Assembly (NCBI GenBank): GCA_045837725.1
Contig: JBEWZL010000080.1
Location: forward strand, 1 to 64,000
Reading direction: 5' to 3'
Source of the DNA: Vermamoeba vermiformis
Taxonomy: Eukaryota
Length of the DNA stretch: 64,000 nt
The position numbers and the translations under genes were made by a program. Shown piece after piece: positions 40,422-50,008 of the stretch (position 1 is its first letter; each line of letters starts with the position of its first letter). Under the pieces are notes generated by a model, which was not told the DNA's origin, ran no database searches, and saw only the letters and a program-made list of their open reading frames with translations.

Positions 40422-41879
40422 ATGGCGGACAAACTTCTGAAGTCTGCCACAGAGGCCGCTAACCGACACAGTGGCACAACCACCTCTAGTGGTCGTCGTG
40501 TTTCTCGCTTTGCCCCGGAGACTAGAACCCTGGACGACGACGTACCAATGACCGATTCAAATAACGGTACCCCGAAAGAGACTGAATCGAAGGCTAATCT
40601 GGAGTTCTTGACAAACGTCTTTACGCCTGTCAAACCCGATTACCAACCCCTTCGTAACAATAACAATCTGGACGGGTTTAACGTCGGAAACAGAGTCCAA
40701 GAGACGAGTTCCTTCGTTTCTGAAGATCGCGAGTCTAAGGAGGAGAGATCCACCGAAGATCGCGCTCCCAAACGCAGAATCTTGCAAGAGGATGACGATC
40801 GCCAAGCGGTCGATCATGATCAAGAGAGATTCCGCTTTGACCCAGGACTCTTCGCCCAGCGTGCTAACCTCATGCAGCTCGAGATCATGAAGTCCATTAC
40901 TGAGCGTCTTGCGTCAATTTCTGAGCCAGCGGTAACCTTCACGGTACCAGCAGATCTTCCTGTTTTCCGCGGCGACGACGAAAAAGACGACATGATGTTT
41001 GAAGAGTGGATTGAAGAAATGATCAGTCACGCGCGCATCAGCAACCTAAAAGAAGACGCTGTTTGCCAAACTTTGCTCCGAAAGTTGGAACAGCCCGCTA
41101 AAGGCCGTATTCTCGACACCAAGCCAGCTGATCGCGACAACCTGGACAAGCTCGTTAAATTGCTCTACGAGTTCTTTGGTAGCACGAAAGAGAAAGTAGC
41201 AGCTAAAATCCGAGAAATCAACGACAATCCTCAAAAGGAAAACGAAACCGGAACTGCTTACTTAAACAGGACAGCGAAGGCGTATCGATACGTCAAAACT
41301 GCTCCTGAAGACAAGTTGATTTTGCTCCTCACGAACGTTCAAAAGTCCTACGCTAAAGCTATCCGCAAGTGCACTGGTTACGAAGAGGCCGTCAAAACGA
41401 TCATCCGCAAAGACGAAGAAGACAAGATCTTGACCCGTCAAACGAAGGCGACCATCAACACCGTTCATGGGCATCAATCCTACGACCAGGAGAACACCGC
41501 TTGCCGAGATCAGATCCAATATCTCAAGGATAAGTTATTCGAGATTGCAAAATCCTTAAATTCCAACGGATCTCCCAAATTTGGAAATTCTAAATTTAAC
41601 CAGAATTCAAATTCTAACTCTTCGGTTAAAACCTACCGATGCTCCGTGCATCAGGTGGACACGCATACAGATGCTCAATGCCGTGCCCAAAAGCGCAACA
41701 ACAAGGGAGGCAAGAAGTTCAACAACAACAACAACAGATCTAAGTGGGCCAAGACCAGCAAGGCCATCGAAGATCTCGGGACGCGCGTCGAGAAGGCTAT
41801 CAACGCAATCGAACAAGCCAGTGCCAAGGTCATACCTGGGCCGAATACTGACGCGAATTCGGCGCAAGCAAAAAAATAG
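40422..41879 (+). CDS. gag: Gag protein
   Basis: LPVFRGDD..FEEWIEEM, PQKENETGTAYLNR (MHR-like), CSVHQVDTHTDAQC knuckle. Confidence 0.92.
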   Translation: MADKLLKSATEAANRHSGTTTSSGRRVSRFAPETRTLDDDVPMTDSNNGTPKETESKANLEFLTNVFTPVKPDYQPLRNNNNLDGFNVGNRVQETSSFVSEDRESKEERSTEDRAPKRRILQEDDDRQAVDHDQERFRFDPGLFAQRANLMQLEIMKSITERLASISEPAVTFTVPADLPVFRGDDEKDDMMFEEWIEEMISHARISNLKEDAVCQTLLRKLEQPAKGRILDTKPADRDNLDKLVKLLYEFFGSTKEKVAAKIREINDNPQKENETGTAYLNRTAKAYRYVKTAPEDKLILLLTNVQKSYAKAIRKCTGYEEAVKTIIRKDEEDKILTRQTKATINTVHGHQSYDQENTACRDQIQYLKDKLFEIAKSLNSNGSPKFGNSKFNQNSNSNSSVKTYRCSVHQVDTHTDAQCRAQKRNNKGGKKFNNNNNRSKWAKTSKAIEDLGTRVEKAINAIEQASAKVIPGPNTDANSAQAKK

Positions 41880-41925
41880 ATGGTGGCAGCGATGCCGACT
41901 CCATCGCTGCTATCTCCGCAGAGTC
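41870..41925 (+). promoter_or_regulatory. Programmed -1 ribosomal frameshift signal (A AAA AAA + stem/pseudoknot)
   Basis: Slippery heptamer 41870-41876, 5-nt spacer, 13-bp stem 41882-41894/41902-41914, loop GACTC complementary to GAGTC at 41921-41925. Confidence 0.8.
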
Positions 41926-44900
41926 AACACCCCCACCTAGCACTACCACCCCGGCCTACTCACCCATACGGATATCTGATCGAGATGTCCTGGCCATGAT
42001 CGACACGGGAGCTGGATTTACCCTGGCCGATCATACGTTCGTTTCAACCCTCTCACCCCCGCCAACCTACTTTCATTGCCCTCTCGCTCTTGAAGCCGCC
42101 AACAAGTCTTCTATTGTTGTGCGTGGCTTCACTCATCTACCGCTCCTCATCGCTGGATTTCGAGTCACCGTACCTTTCATCGTAACAGAAGGTCTCTCTA
42201 CTGACGTGATCATAGGTAACGATACTCTTAAATTAATAGGCGCGACTTTAAGTTACACCAAGCGCATTATCAAAACTAAATTTGGAAATACGTCACTAAT
42301 ATGTCAAAAACCAATGTCAAAAATCTTTTTCATTACCCGGCGAATTTTATGTCCGGAAGATATTGAATTTCCACCGCGATCTGGAACACACTTCGCGGTG
42401 CCAGTTAATTCTGTTAAAAATTCTAGCGAAGACCCACCTCTGCAAGATGAGGCCATCGTTTCATTCGAGCCGTCACCAAAGGTCTTGTCCGACACCAGCT
42501 TACGCGTAGCAGGAACGCTCGACACGATTCTTGACGGCACCATAATGATCAACATGGCAAATCCAACGGAGTTTCCGATCACGCTAAAGAAGGGTACCCC
42601 GCTAGGACGCCTATCTCCGGCATTCGAACCGGAGCCGGTAAATTTTATAACACAACCTACTAGTGACAAATTACCACCCGCTTCTTCCATGTCAGACGAG
42701 GAATTTTTAGATCAATTTCCTTTTGATCCAAATCTGACATCGGAACAATTAAAAATTACAAAGGAGACATTATTAGAGTTTAGAGATAGATTTTTAAGCG
42801 AAATTAGAACTACTGATATTCTACAGACTGAAGTTCAACATCGGATCTTCACCGCTCCTGGTGAGATCGTGCAACGACAACCCTATACATACGGTCCTGA
42901 AGAACGTAAGATCATCGACGAAGAAGTGGACCGTATGCTCGCTAGCAACATCATTCGACCTTCAACATCACCTTGGGCCTCACCTGTTGTCCTTGTTCGT
43001 AAAAAGGACGGATCAATCCGCTTCTGCATCGACTACCGCGGGTTGAATCGTATCACTCGACGTGATATGTACCCCTTGCCGCGCCTGGATCACACCATCG
43101 ACTCGCTCTCAGGAATGCTTTGGTTTTCAACGATGGATTGCGTGTCCGGTTACTGGCAGATCTTAATGGACTCGCTCGACATCCCCAAGACTGCTTTCGT
43201 CACTCACCGTGGTCTACATGAGTTCACTGTCATGCCTTTTGGTCTCGTCAACGCTCCAATGACTTTCCAACGCTCCATGGACATCATTCTCTCGGGTCTC
43301 AAGTACGAGATGTGCCTCGTCTATCTCGACGACATCATCGTGTTTGGAAGAACATTTGAAGAACACATCAGCAATCTACGTACTGTCCTCACTCGTCTGC
43401 GTCAACACAACATCTACCTCAAGCCCAAGAAGTGCAGGTTCTCGCAACGCTCCATCACGTTCCTTGGCCATCGGATCTCTGCCGAAGGAGTCACTACAAC
43501 GCCCGACAAGGTCAAGGCCATTCTGGAGTTCCCTGTGCCGAAGAATGCCACCGATGTTCGCTCCTTCTGCGGTCTTGTCAACTTCTACAGATCGCACATC
43601 AAAGACATCGCGACGTTGCAAGCACCCTTGAATAAAATCATGGGGAAAAGCGCCACGTGGAGCTGGTCCGACGATTGCCAAAAAGCTTTCGAAGGATTAA
43701 AAACGGCTCTGGCGAGCGCCCCCGTGCTTGGGTTGCCTGACTACTCGCTCCCCTTCACCCTCACCACCGACGCTTCCAACGATGGTATTGGTGCTATCCT
43801 CTCTCAACAACTCGACGGTATTAACAAGCCGCCTCGTGTCATAGCCTACTTTTCCCGTAAGTTAAACCCCGCCGAGAAAAACTACGGCATTACGGAGAAA
43901 GAGGCTTTGGCAGTCGTTCAATCCGTGCTCCACTTTCGTCCCTACCTCTACGGTCGCCGCTTCACAGTCATCACAGATCATCAAGCCCTCGTGTTCCTTC
44001 ATGCCAACCGCGCTCCAACAGGACGACTTGCCCGATGGCAGGCCGCCTTGATGGAGTTCGATTATGACATTGTCTATCGCCCTGGTTCAGCCAACGCCAA
44101 CGCTGACGCTCTCTCGCGTTACCCGTGCCCTGCTCCAGTCGTTGAGGCCCTCTACACGATCAACTCGCCCGACACATTCAACACGCCGCCTCAGCCTTGG
44201 AGTGAAGAAGAAATCATCGTCGCTCAAGAAGAAGATGAAGACATCAGCCCTTTGCTTCACTATATTCGAGATGGAATCGTGCCCACAGAAGATCTCAAGA
44301 GATTTCAAGCCATCAATCATCGCAAGGAATTTGCCATCGTCAACAACGTCCTATATCGTCTCTCGCCGCATCCTCTACTCAAGACTACAACTAGACAGCT
44401 CGTGCTCCCCGCCAAGTTCCGTTCCCGAGTGCTACACCTTCATCATGACACGCCCCTAGGTGCCCACTTTGGTTTCAACAAGCTCTACTATCGTCTCAAG
44501 CAAGAGTTCTACTGGCCGTCAATGGCTACCGATGCCCTCAACTACGTCAAGACCTGTACTGCCTGCAACGCTTACAAGACGCCCGTCGACAAGCCCATCG
44601 GAGATCTACAGAACCTCGTAGCTACTGAGCCCTTCGACATCATCGGAATTGACCTCGTCGGTCCCCTGCCTGCGACTAAGAAGCACAAGTTCAAGTACAT
44701 TCTCGTGATTCAAGACCTGTTCTCCAAATGGGTCGAGGCCTTCCCAATCAAGAGTAAAGACGCCCAACACATCGCCCAGATCATCATCAACGAAGTAGTC
44801 TGCCGCTTTGGCTCCCCGCGACAAATTCTCTCGGACTGTGGCAAGGAGTTCGACAACCGCATCATGGCTGAAGTGTGTAAAGTAATTGGCAGCGTTAAGA

Positions 44901-46006
44901 TTCGTACCAGTGGTTATCACCCGCAGACTAACGGTCAAGTTGAGCGTTTCAACAAGACGCTCCTCGCTTCAATTCGCCCGTTCATCAAAGAAGAAGGACA
45001 ACAAGACTGGCATCGCTTCATTCCGCAACTGCTCTTCGCGTATCGCACTGCCTATCATCAGAGTATCAAGACCTCGCCCTTCGAACTGCTGTTTGGCCGC
45101 ATTGCTCGCTCCCCGCTCAACTCAGGACTCATTCGCCCCGACACAGACCTGCTCGTCATGCCCGACACCTACGCTGCTGAAGTTTCTGGCCATTTCCTAG
45201 ACGCCTACGACATCGTACGACAACACATCGGATCTGCCCACGTGAAGATGCAACGCCTCTACAACAAGACTCGCCGCGACTTCTCATATCAGGTTGGAGA
45301 CTATGTGTGGCTACAATTGCGCCCCAAAGCCAATAAGAAGAAGAAACTCTCGCCCCAGTACGCCGGTCCCTACGTCATTCTCAACAAAGTCTCAGATCTC
45401 GTCTACAAGATCACCGACGCCGCCTACAAGGAGAAGAAGAAGAAGATCGTCAACATCAATCGACTCAAGCCCTACCTGTCCCGTGAAGATATTGAACCAA
45501 CGTCAAATGATGCCGCCGATCCAACTCCCGATCCACAAGAACCTGACACCGATGACTTCGAGGATGAGTCGGTGCCAGATATCGAGGAGGAGGAAGAAAC
45601 TGATGACGTTCTCAGTCATTCTGCTGATCAAGCTCTCGATCAAGCTTCCGCTCAAGTCCCGCTCTTCGACTTAGACCAGCCTACGCCGCCTACTCGCTCT
45701 GCTCGCTCTTCGCGACGCCTGGCTAACGCAGATTCCCACTTCCAAGACCTGTTCAACGCGCTCGCTAATCTCCGCGACACGTTCGAAGCTACGCCTAGCT
45801 ACTCGCTCAACGCACTCAAGACTCAACTCACAAGTCTACTCACCGCTGGATCACCCTTCGTGCGCTCTACACGACTTCACTCCCGCTTCGCAAAGGAAAT
45901 CAGCTCTCTCAGCTCGCGCTTCAACGCGATCTTCTTCCTGCATCGCCTCACCGAAGACTTCAACAACGAATTCAAGTTCGACTTGGAGAAATCGTCCAAG
46001 GCCTAA
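41870..46006 (+). CDS. pol: Pol polyprotein (PR, RT, RNase H, IN) in the -1 frame relative to gag
   Basis: IDTGA; SPWASPVVLVRKKDG.RFCIDYR; YLDD; TTDAS; HHCC zinc finger; GIDLVGP, SDCGKEF, GQVERFN; GPY. Confidence 0.97.
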   Translation, partial: KKIDGGSDADSIAAISAESTPPPSTTTPAYSPIRISDRDVLAMIDTGAGFTLADHTFVSTLSPPPTYFHCPLALEAANKSSIVVRGFTHLPLLIAGFRVTVPFIVTEGLSTDVIIGNDTLKLIGATLSYTKRIIKTKFGNTSLICQKPMSKIFFITRRILCPEDIEFPPRSGTHFAVPVNSVKNSSEDPPLQDEAIVSFEPSPKVLSDTSLRVAGTLDTILDGTIMINMANPTEFPITLKKGTPLGRLSPAFEPEPVNFITQPTSDKLPPASSMSDEEFLDQFPFDPNLTSEQLKITKETLLEFRDRFLSEIRTTDILQTEVQHRIFTAPGEIVQRQPYTYGPEERKIIDEEVDRMLASNIIRPSTSPWASPVVLVRKKDGSIRFCIDYRGLNRITRRDMYPLPRLDHTIDSLSGMLWFSTMDCVSGYWQILMDSLDIPKTAFVTHRGLHEFTVMPFGLVNAPMTFQRSMDIILSGLKYEMCLVYLDDIIVFGRTFEEHISNLRTVLTRLRQHNIYLKPKKCRFSQRSITFLGHRISAEGVTTTPDKVKAILEFPVPKNATDVRSFCGLVNFYRSHIKDIATLQAPLNKIMGKSATWSWSDDCQKAFEGLKTALASAPVLGLPDYSLPFTLTTDASNDGIGAILSQQLDGINKPPRVIAYFSRKLNPAEKNYGITEKEALAVVQSVLHFRPYLYGRRFTVITDHQALVFLHANRAPTGRLARWQAALMEFDYDIVYRPGSANANADALSRYPCPAPVVEALYTINSPDTFNTPPQPWSEEEIIVAQEEDEDISPLLHYIRDGIVPTEDLKRFQAINHRKEFAIVNNVLYRLSPHPLLKTTTRQLVLPAKFRSRVLHLHHDTPLGAHFGFNKLYYRLKQEFYWPSMATDALNYVKTCTACNAYKTPVDKPIGDLQNLVATEPFDIIGIDLVGPLPATKKHKFKYILVIQDLFSKWVEAFPIKSKDAQHIAQIIINEVVCRFGSPRQILSDCGKEFDNRIMAEVCKVIGSVKIRTSGYHPQTNGQVERFNKTLLASIRPFIKEEGQQDWHRFIPQLLFAYRTAYHQSIKTSPFELLFGRIARSPLNSGLIRPDTDLLVMPDTYAAEVSGHFLDAYDIVRQHIGSAHVKMQRLYNKTRRDFSYQVGDYVWLQLRPKANKKKKLSPQYAGPYVILNKVSDLVYKITDAAYKEKKKKIVNINRLKPYLSREDIEPTSNDAADPTPDPQEPDTDDFEDESVPDIEEEEETDDVLSHSADQALDQASAQVPLFDLDQPTPPTRSARSSRRLANADSHFQDLFNALANLRDTFEATPSYSLNALKTQLTSLLTAGSPFVRSTRLHSRFAKEISSLSSRFNAIFFLHRLTEDFNNEFKFDLEKSSKA

Positions 46007-46009
46007 TTT

Positions 46010-46023
46010 AAAGCGGAGGGAAA
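46010..46023 (+). promoter_or_regulatory. Polypurine tract
   Basis: AAAGCGGAGGGAAA immediately before the 3' LTR. Confidence 0.85.
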
Positions 46024-46195
46024 TGTGACACAACGCCTACATCGCGTGCTGTGGATTATCCCACCAGGATTTAGATTTGTGATTCGTCACGTGCTCGTGA
46101 CATGTCTTGTACTTTTCTTTATAAATAAATACTCGTTCTATTCTACTCGAGAGTGCACGACTATTGCTCTTTATTTAAATCATAGTTACATCACA
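46024..46195 (+). repeat. 3' LTR
   Basis: Appears identical to 40218-40389. Confidence 0.97.
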
Positions 46196-48235
46196 GTGCC
46201 ACGCTTCTAACGGCGATGTTCCTTGGGCTATCGTTTTCTTAAATTGTAAAAAATTAAATTATAGTCACAAAAAATTCGGAACTTACTTCAACTAGCGAGA
46301 TATTAAATAAGCTTGTTAGGGTTTGTTCTTTACATAAGTTTTCGACGGCATTAGAAATGACCTCGTCAGCAATTCCGTCTCGAAATTCTAATTTAGAGTT
46401 TCGCCTATAAGATGGGTTGTTAATCGTTATTATTAGCATGTCGATTGTAATACTTTTGCTTATTCAGTAGTAATATAATCTCATTTGTGTTGTAACGAGA
46501 GGCTTCTGTAGGATTGCTGAACTTTTGGACCCAGTTCCGCAAAGCAGCTGACAGGTCGGCAGAGGTTTTGTACCCGTCATTCTTGATCTTGGCAAGCAAA
46601 CCGGCAATCTCTTGCACACTAACTTTGTAGTCAGGATGAGATCGAGAGAGTAATTTGACGACTCTCATCTTTGCATGGTAGATGTCCGTTAGCAAGATTG
46701 GGTCTTGCGAGTTCGAAGTAGAGAAGTGCTGTCGAAAAGCGTTTAAGATTGCAGATGAGTCTAGCATAATTAGTGTGAGTTAGAAGAAGTCGACACCAAC
46801 AACTTACCCACAATGACGTTATCTGTATATATATACTTGGTAAGTGGACGTTGATGGTGTTTCCAAACTTCAACAAACACACTGGCAGCTTTTGTGCGAT
46901 CATCTGAGGGCACAATGCAAATTTGAAGCACGTGCCCAGATTCGTTGCTGACAGAAAATAGACTTGATTTCATTTTCATCTGATAAAGCGATTATTCTAA
47001 GTTAATAACATAGTTATGGAAGGTGTAATTACCCGTTTTGCTTCATTTTCGGAATGTGCGGACATATTTTTTACGATTTTATAAGTGTGATCTCCTCAAA
47101 GCACAGTTGTCGAATTTAAATGGTTTTGTGTTCGAGTGAAATCTTCTTCCTTGATTGTTTGCCAATAGGACATGTAGATGTTCTTGATGGAATGCATAGT
47201 TAAAGATAAAGCTTGCTCGCACATTCCATTGTTGGCAATCCATTGCAAGACCAAAATTCTCTTCACACAAGCAAAATTGAAACCAACCTGAGGCATTGTA
47301 TTATAAATGTAGCATGCTAGCGCTGTTGTGTAGAGCATCCGTGGGCCAACTATCATGGGTACACTTGGGAAGTGTTGTTTGTCAAGGCTTGCAATGACAT
47401 CTTCTGATAGATCTGTAAATAGTTCTCCGTGGTGCGTACACAGATAGCGCTGATATGTCAACGAGTACACGCCTGACACGTCAAAAAGGATCCGACAGTC
47501 AGTTCCGTTTTTGATGACACGGCACTGCTAGATGTTAACCAACCTAATGAAAGAACACTGATATACATACACCATCCTTTTTTGCGCACAATCGAAGCTT
47601 GACTTTGCGAGATCCCTTCAGCCAACAAAACTCGCGTTGTTGAAGACCATTTATGGATAAATCTAATGTTGAAAATTAGCACAAAAGTCGTGAATTTATT
47701 GAGCGTACCTTCCGTTGAATCACTGTCCGAGTCTCCGAAACAGCTTGAATTTTCTGATTCATCTTCGGACTCCGATTTGTCCTCGTCACTCTCAACATCA
47801 GGTAATGCAGCAGCAATATCATTTAAATTGAAGTTGTCTATCAGCAATATAGTCGAAGTCCATCACTTACATACCAAGCAGATCAACGGGCTTCGAAGTT
47901 GAAAGTGATTGTTGCATTGACTTTGGTTCTTGCAAGCTATCTTTTGATGCTACCTTCCATCCATGCTCACGTTCTGACACTACTGAATTAATAAAATCAA
48001 AATGAAACACTTACACTTCAGGTGAACGCCTCGAATGTGCCTGCGAACATTGGATCGAAACGTTGACGAATAGTCGCAGCAAGTGCAGTGGTGAACAGTA
48101 TAACCAGTAGTATTCAAAGTGCAGTACAGCACCTCAACCTTCTTGTCAAGTTCATCCTCAGTTGTGGTCTTCTCCATTTCGTGTCGGTCCGATTCAAATT
48201 AATTAAATTAAACTGAAGCGAACACAGACCGCATA

Positions 48236-49902
48236 ATGGCAACAAGTAAGTTAAGATTACAAACGTTAAATCAATTAAACAACTGCAGATAAAAAGCGTG
48301 CACGTACAACAGAAGACACAGCACCCACCGTTACTAGTATGGATTTAGATTCGTATTTTTTTGCAATTTATTAATGAAATTTTATAAATTAGAGAAGAGC
48401 AAAATTGCTGATAAAGGTAGTGTCAATATAATTCGTAATCGTAATCAGTCATTAATTATTGTCAGAGAAAAAGACGGGAACAAGCCACAACAAATCCGAG
48501 CCAAAAAATAGTACGTAGAGCTCTGAATTATTGATAAATTTCTAAAACCCATTCATTGAAGCAAGCACCACGACCACGAAAGAGCTGCACGAAAACCAAA
48601 GTACGGCAAATCTTTTGACCAAACTTTCGTCCAAAAATCTACGAGATTTCACTCGTTAGCATAATCTTTTGTCACGTTTTGCACTAAACTTTTTTTCAGG
48701 CACGCACAACACCCGCAGCACAAGTAATAATACCAATGAAAAAAAATCAACTGAAAATGATGCACTCAGCAAGTCTAAGAATACTGAGGCCTCAATTAAA
48801 TCAGATCCGGCTACCTCAATTGTCCCCACCGAGATCGGCAACATTATATCACTTTTTGGCCAAGATAAGAGTACGTATACAATTTCAAAACTGTCATAGC
48901 TAGTTAATAATATTAATAGAGCCTTGGTATGCAATAATCCGAAAAAAATTGGAAAACGATCAGATGGAGGTCACGTACTTGGAGGTAAGTCTCACAACAG
49001 CCTTAAAAAATATATAATTGGTTAATAATTTAATTTAGTTAAAAGAAGGTCGTAGAGTCCTGTTTACAGAGGGTTCGACTGAGATCGTTCCGAACAACTC
49101 CCTGATCTGCATTGTTTCCGCTTCTATTGCAAAGGACGGCGTAGTAATTAAAGAAGCTGAGCAAAAGAGGGTGCAAAATACCCAAATAAAAATTGGTAAG
49201 TGGAGTAAATTATAAAATTTTTTATTAATGACGCGATCTAGATCGGCACATCGCCAACCCTGCCCTTGAGCATCGGCAACGAATTTCAAATTGGGAATTC
49301 CCGGGCCAATACGTCAAGAAGCACTTCAAAGAGCCAGGTACAATGCGTTTCTCTTAAAACCGGATCTAACAAAGTTAAAGACACGCAGAAATTAGTCCTT
49401 GGGGAACTGGCAAGGGACCTAATCCTCCTTTGCGTTACCCAAAATTTAGACAAGCATGGCTTCTTAAATAAGCAAGTGTGGTCGAAGAGCAAGGACGGCA
49501 ACGGAGCGACGATGTTTCCATTTCTACTCTTTATGCGATTGATAACAATGTCACTCGAGCATGGAACCTGGCAACAAATTGCAGACGGGGATATTAAATG
49601 GCAAGCAACTGTCACTCTAGCAAACGTAAACTACCGTCAAGTAGCAATTTGCGGTAAGTCTTTCTCATCGCGTCTAACGCAGTCAACTTGAATTGACAAA
49701 ACATTGTATAGGTGGCATGTCTGGACCAACTTAGGAAGCAGCGCTTCGAGTCTTAATGGAATTAGGGTTTATTTTGCCGTTTGACAAATTTAACGGACAA
49801 GTGACGATTACTATTACACTTCCGCCGTACAAACCGTTTGAAACCACACCTGAGGTTGTTGATTTAACAACTGCAATGTTAGAAGAATTAAACGAAGACT
49901 AA
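48236..49902 (+). pseudogene. Transposon accessory gene: low-complexity N-terminus, BAH/Tudor-like barrel, C-terminal winged-HTH-like motif
   Basis: About 10 in-frame exons; IGNIISLFGQDKKPWYAIIRKKLENDQMEVTYLE..STEIVPNNSLICIV; NYRQVAICGGMSGPT*EAALRVLMELGFI with TAG at 49732-49734. Confidence 0.7.
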
Positions 49903-49935
49903 TATTAATAAATAAAACAATATTTACCGAAAAAA

Positions 49936-50008
49936 CTTGTGCAAATCTTTTGCAAATCAATTGCAAAAGTTTTTTATTCCACGTTGTCACGCGTTAAAAC
50001 TTCGTACC
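49936..50008 (-). repeat. Right terminal inverted repeat
   Basis: Reverse complement of 39608-39680. Confidence 0.95.

Larger units (their letters stand above)
40218..46195 (+). mobile_element. Full-length Ty3/Gypsy LTR retrotransposon, 4-bp TSD GTGC
   Basis: Two 172-bp LTRs (TGTGA...TCACA), GTGC at 40214-40217 and 46196-46199, gag plus pol in PR-RT-RH-IN order. Confidence 0.98.
39724..48177 (-). pseudogene. Multi-exon DDE transposase (C2H2 finger, Cys-rich domain, DxxH type, Mutator/IS256-like), interrupted
   Basis: CTCCDYSSTFRSNVRRHIRGVH; CRILFDVSGVYSLTYQRYLCTHH; L*GDHTYK; VSNESGHV; YIYTDN; LTDIYHAKMR; QGTSPLEAWH|HYLS across the LTR insertion. TGA at 47096-47098. Confidence 0.8.
39608..50008. 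mobile_element. TIR DNA transposon (about 4.4 kb without the nested LTR element), 8-bp TSD CTAAAGAT, two divergent genes
   Basis: TIRs GGTA(G/C)GAAGTTTTAACGCGTGACAACGTGGAATAAAAAACTTTTG... at both ends; CTAAAGAT at 39600-39607 and 50009-50016. Confidence 0.95.

Noticed and set aside
40192-40440. ORFs reading through the LTRs (also 46025-46210)
   Set aside because: Incidental frames in LTR sequence with no protein-like features.
47096-49734. In-frame TGA and TAG as evidence of a variant genetic code
   Set aside because: Host genes end normally with TAA/TAG and show no internal stops; the stops are confined to the decayed transposon.
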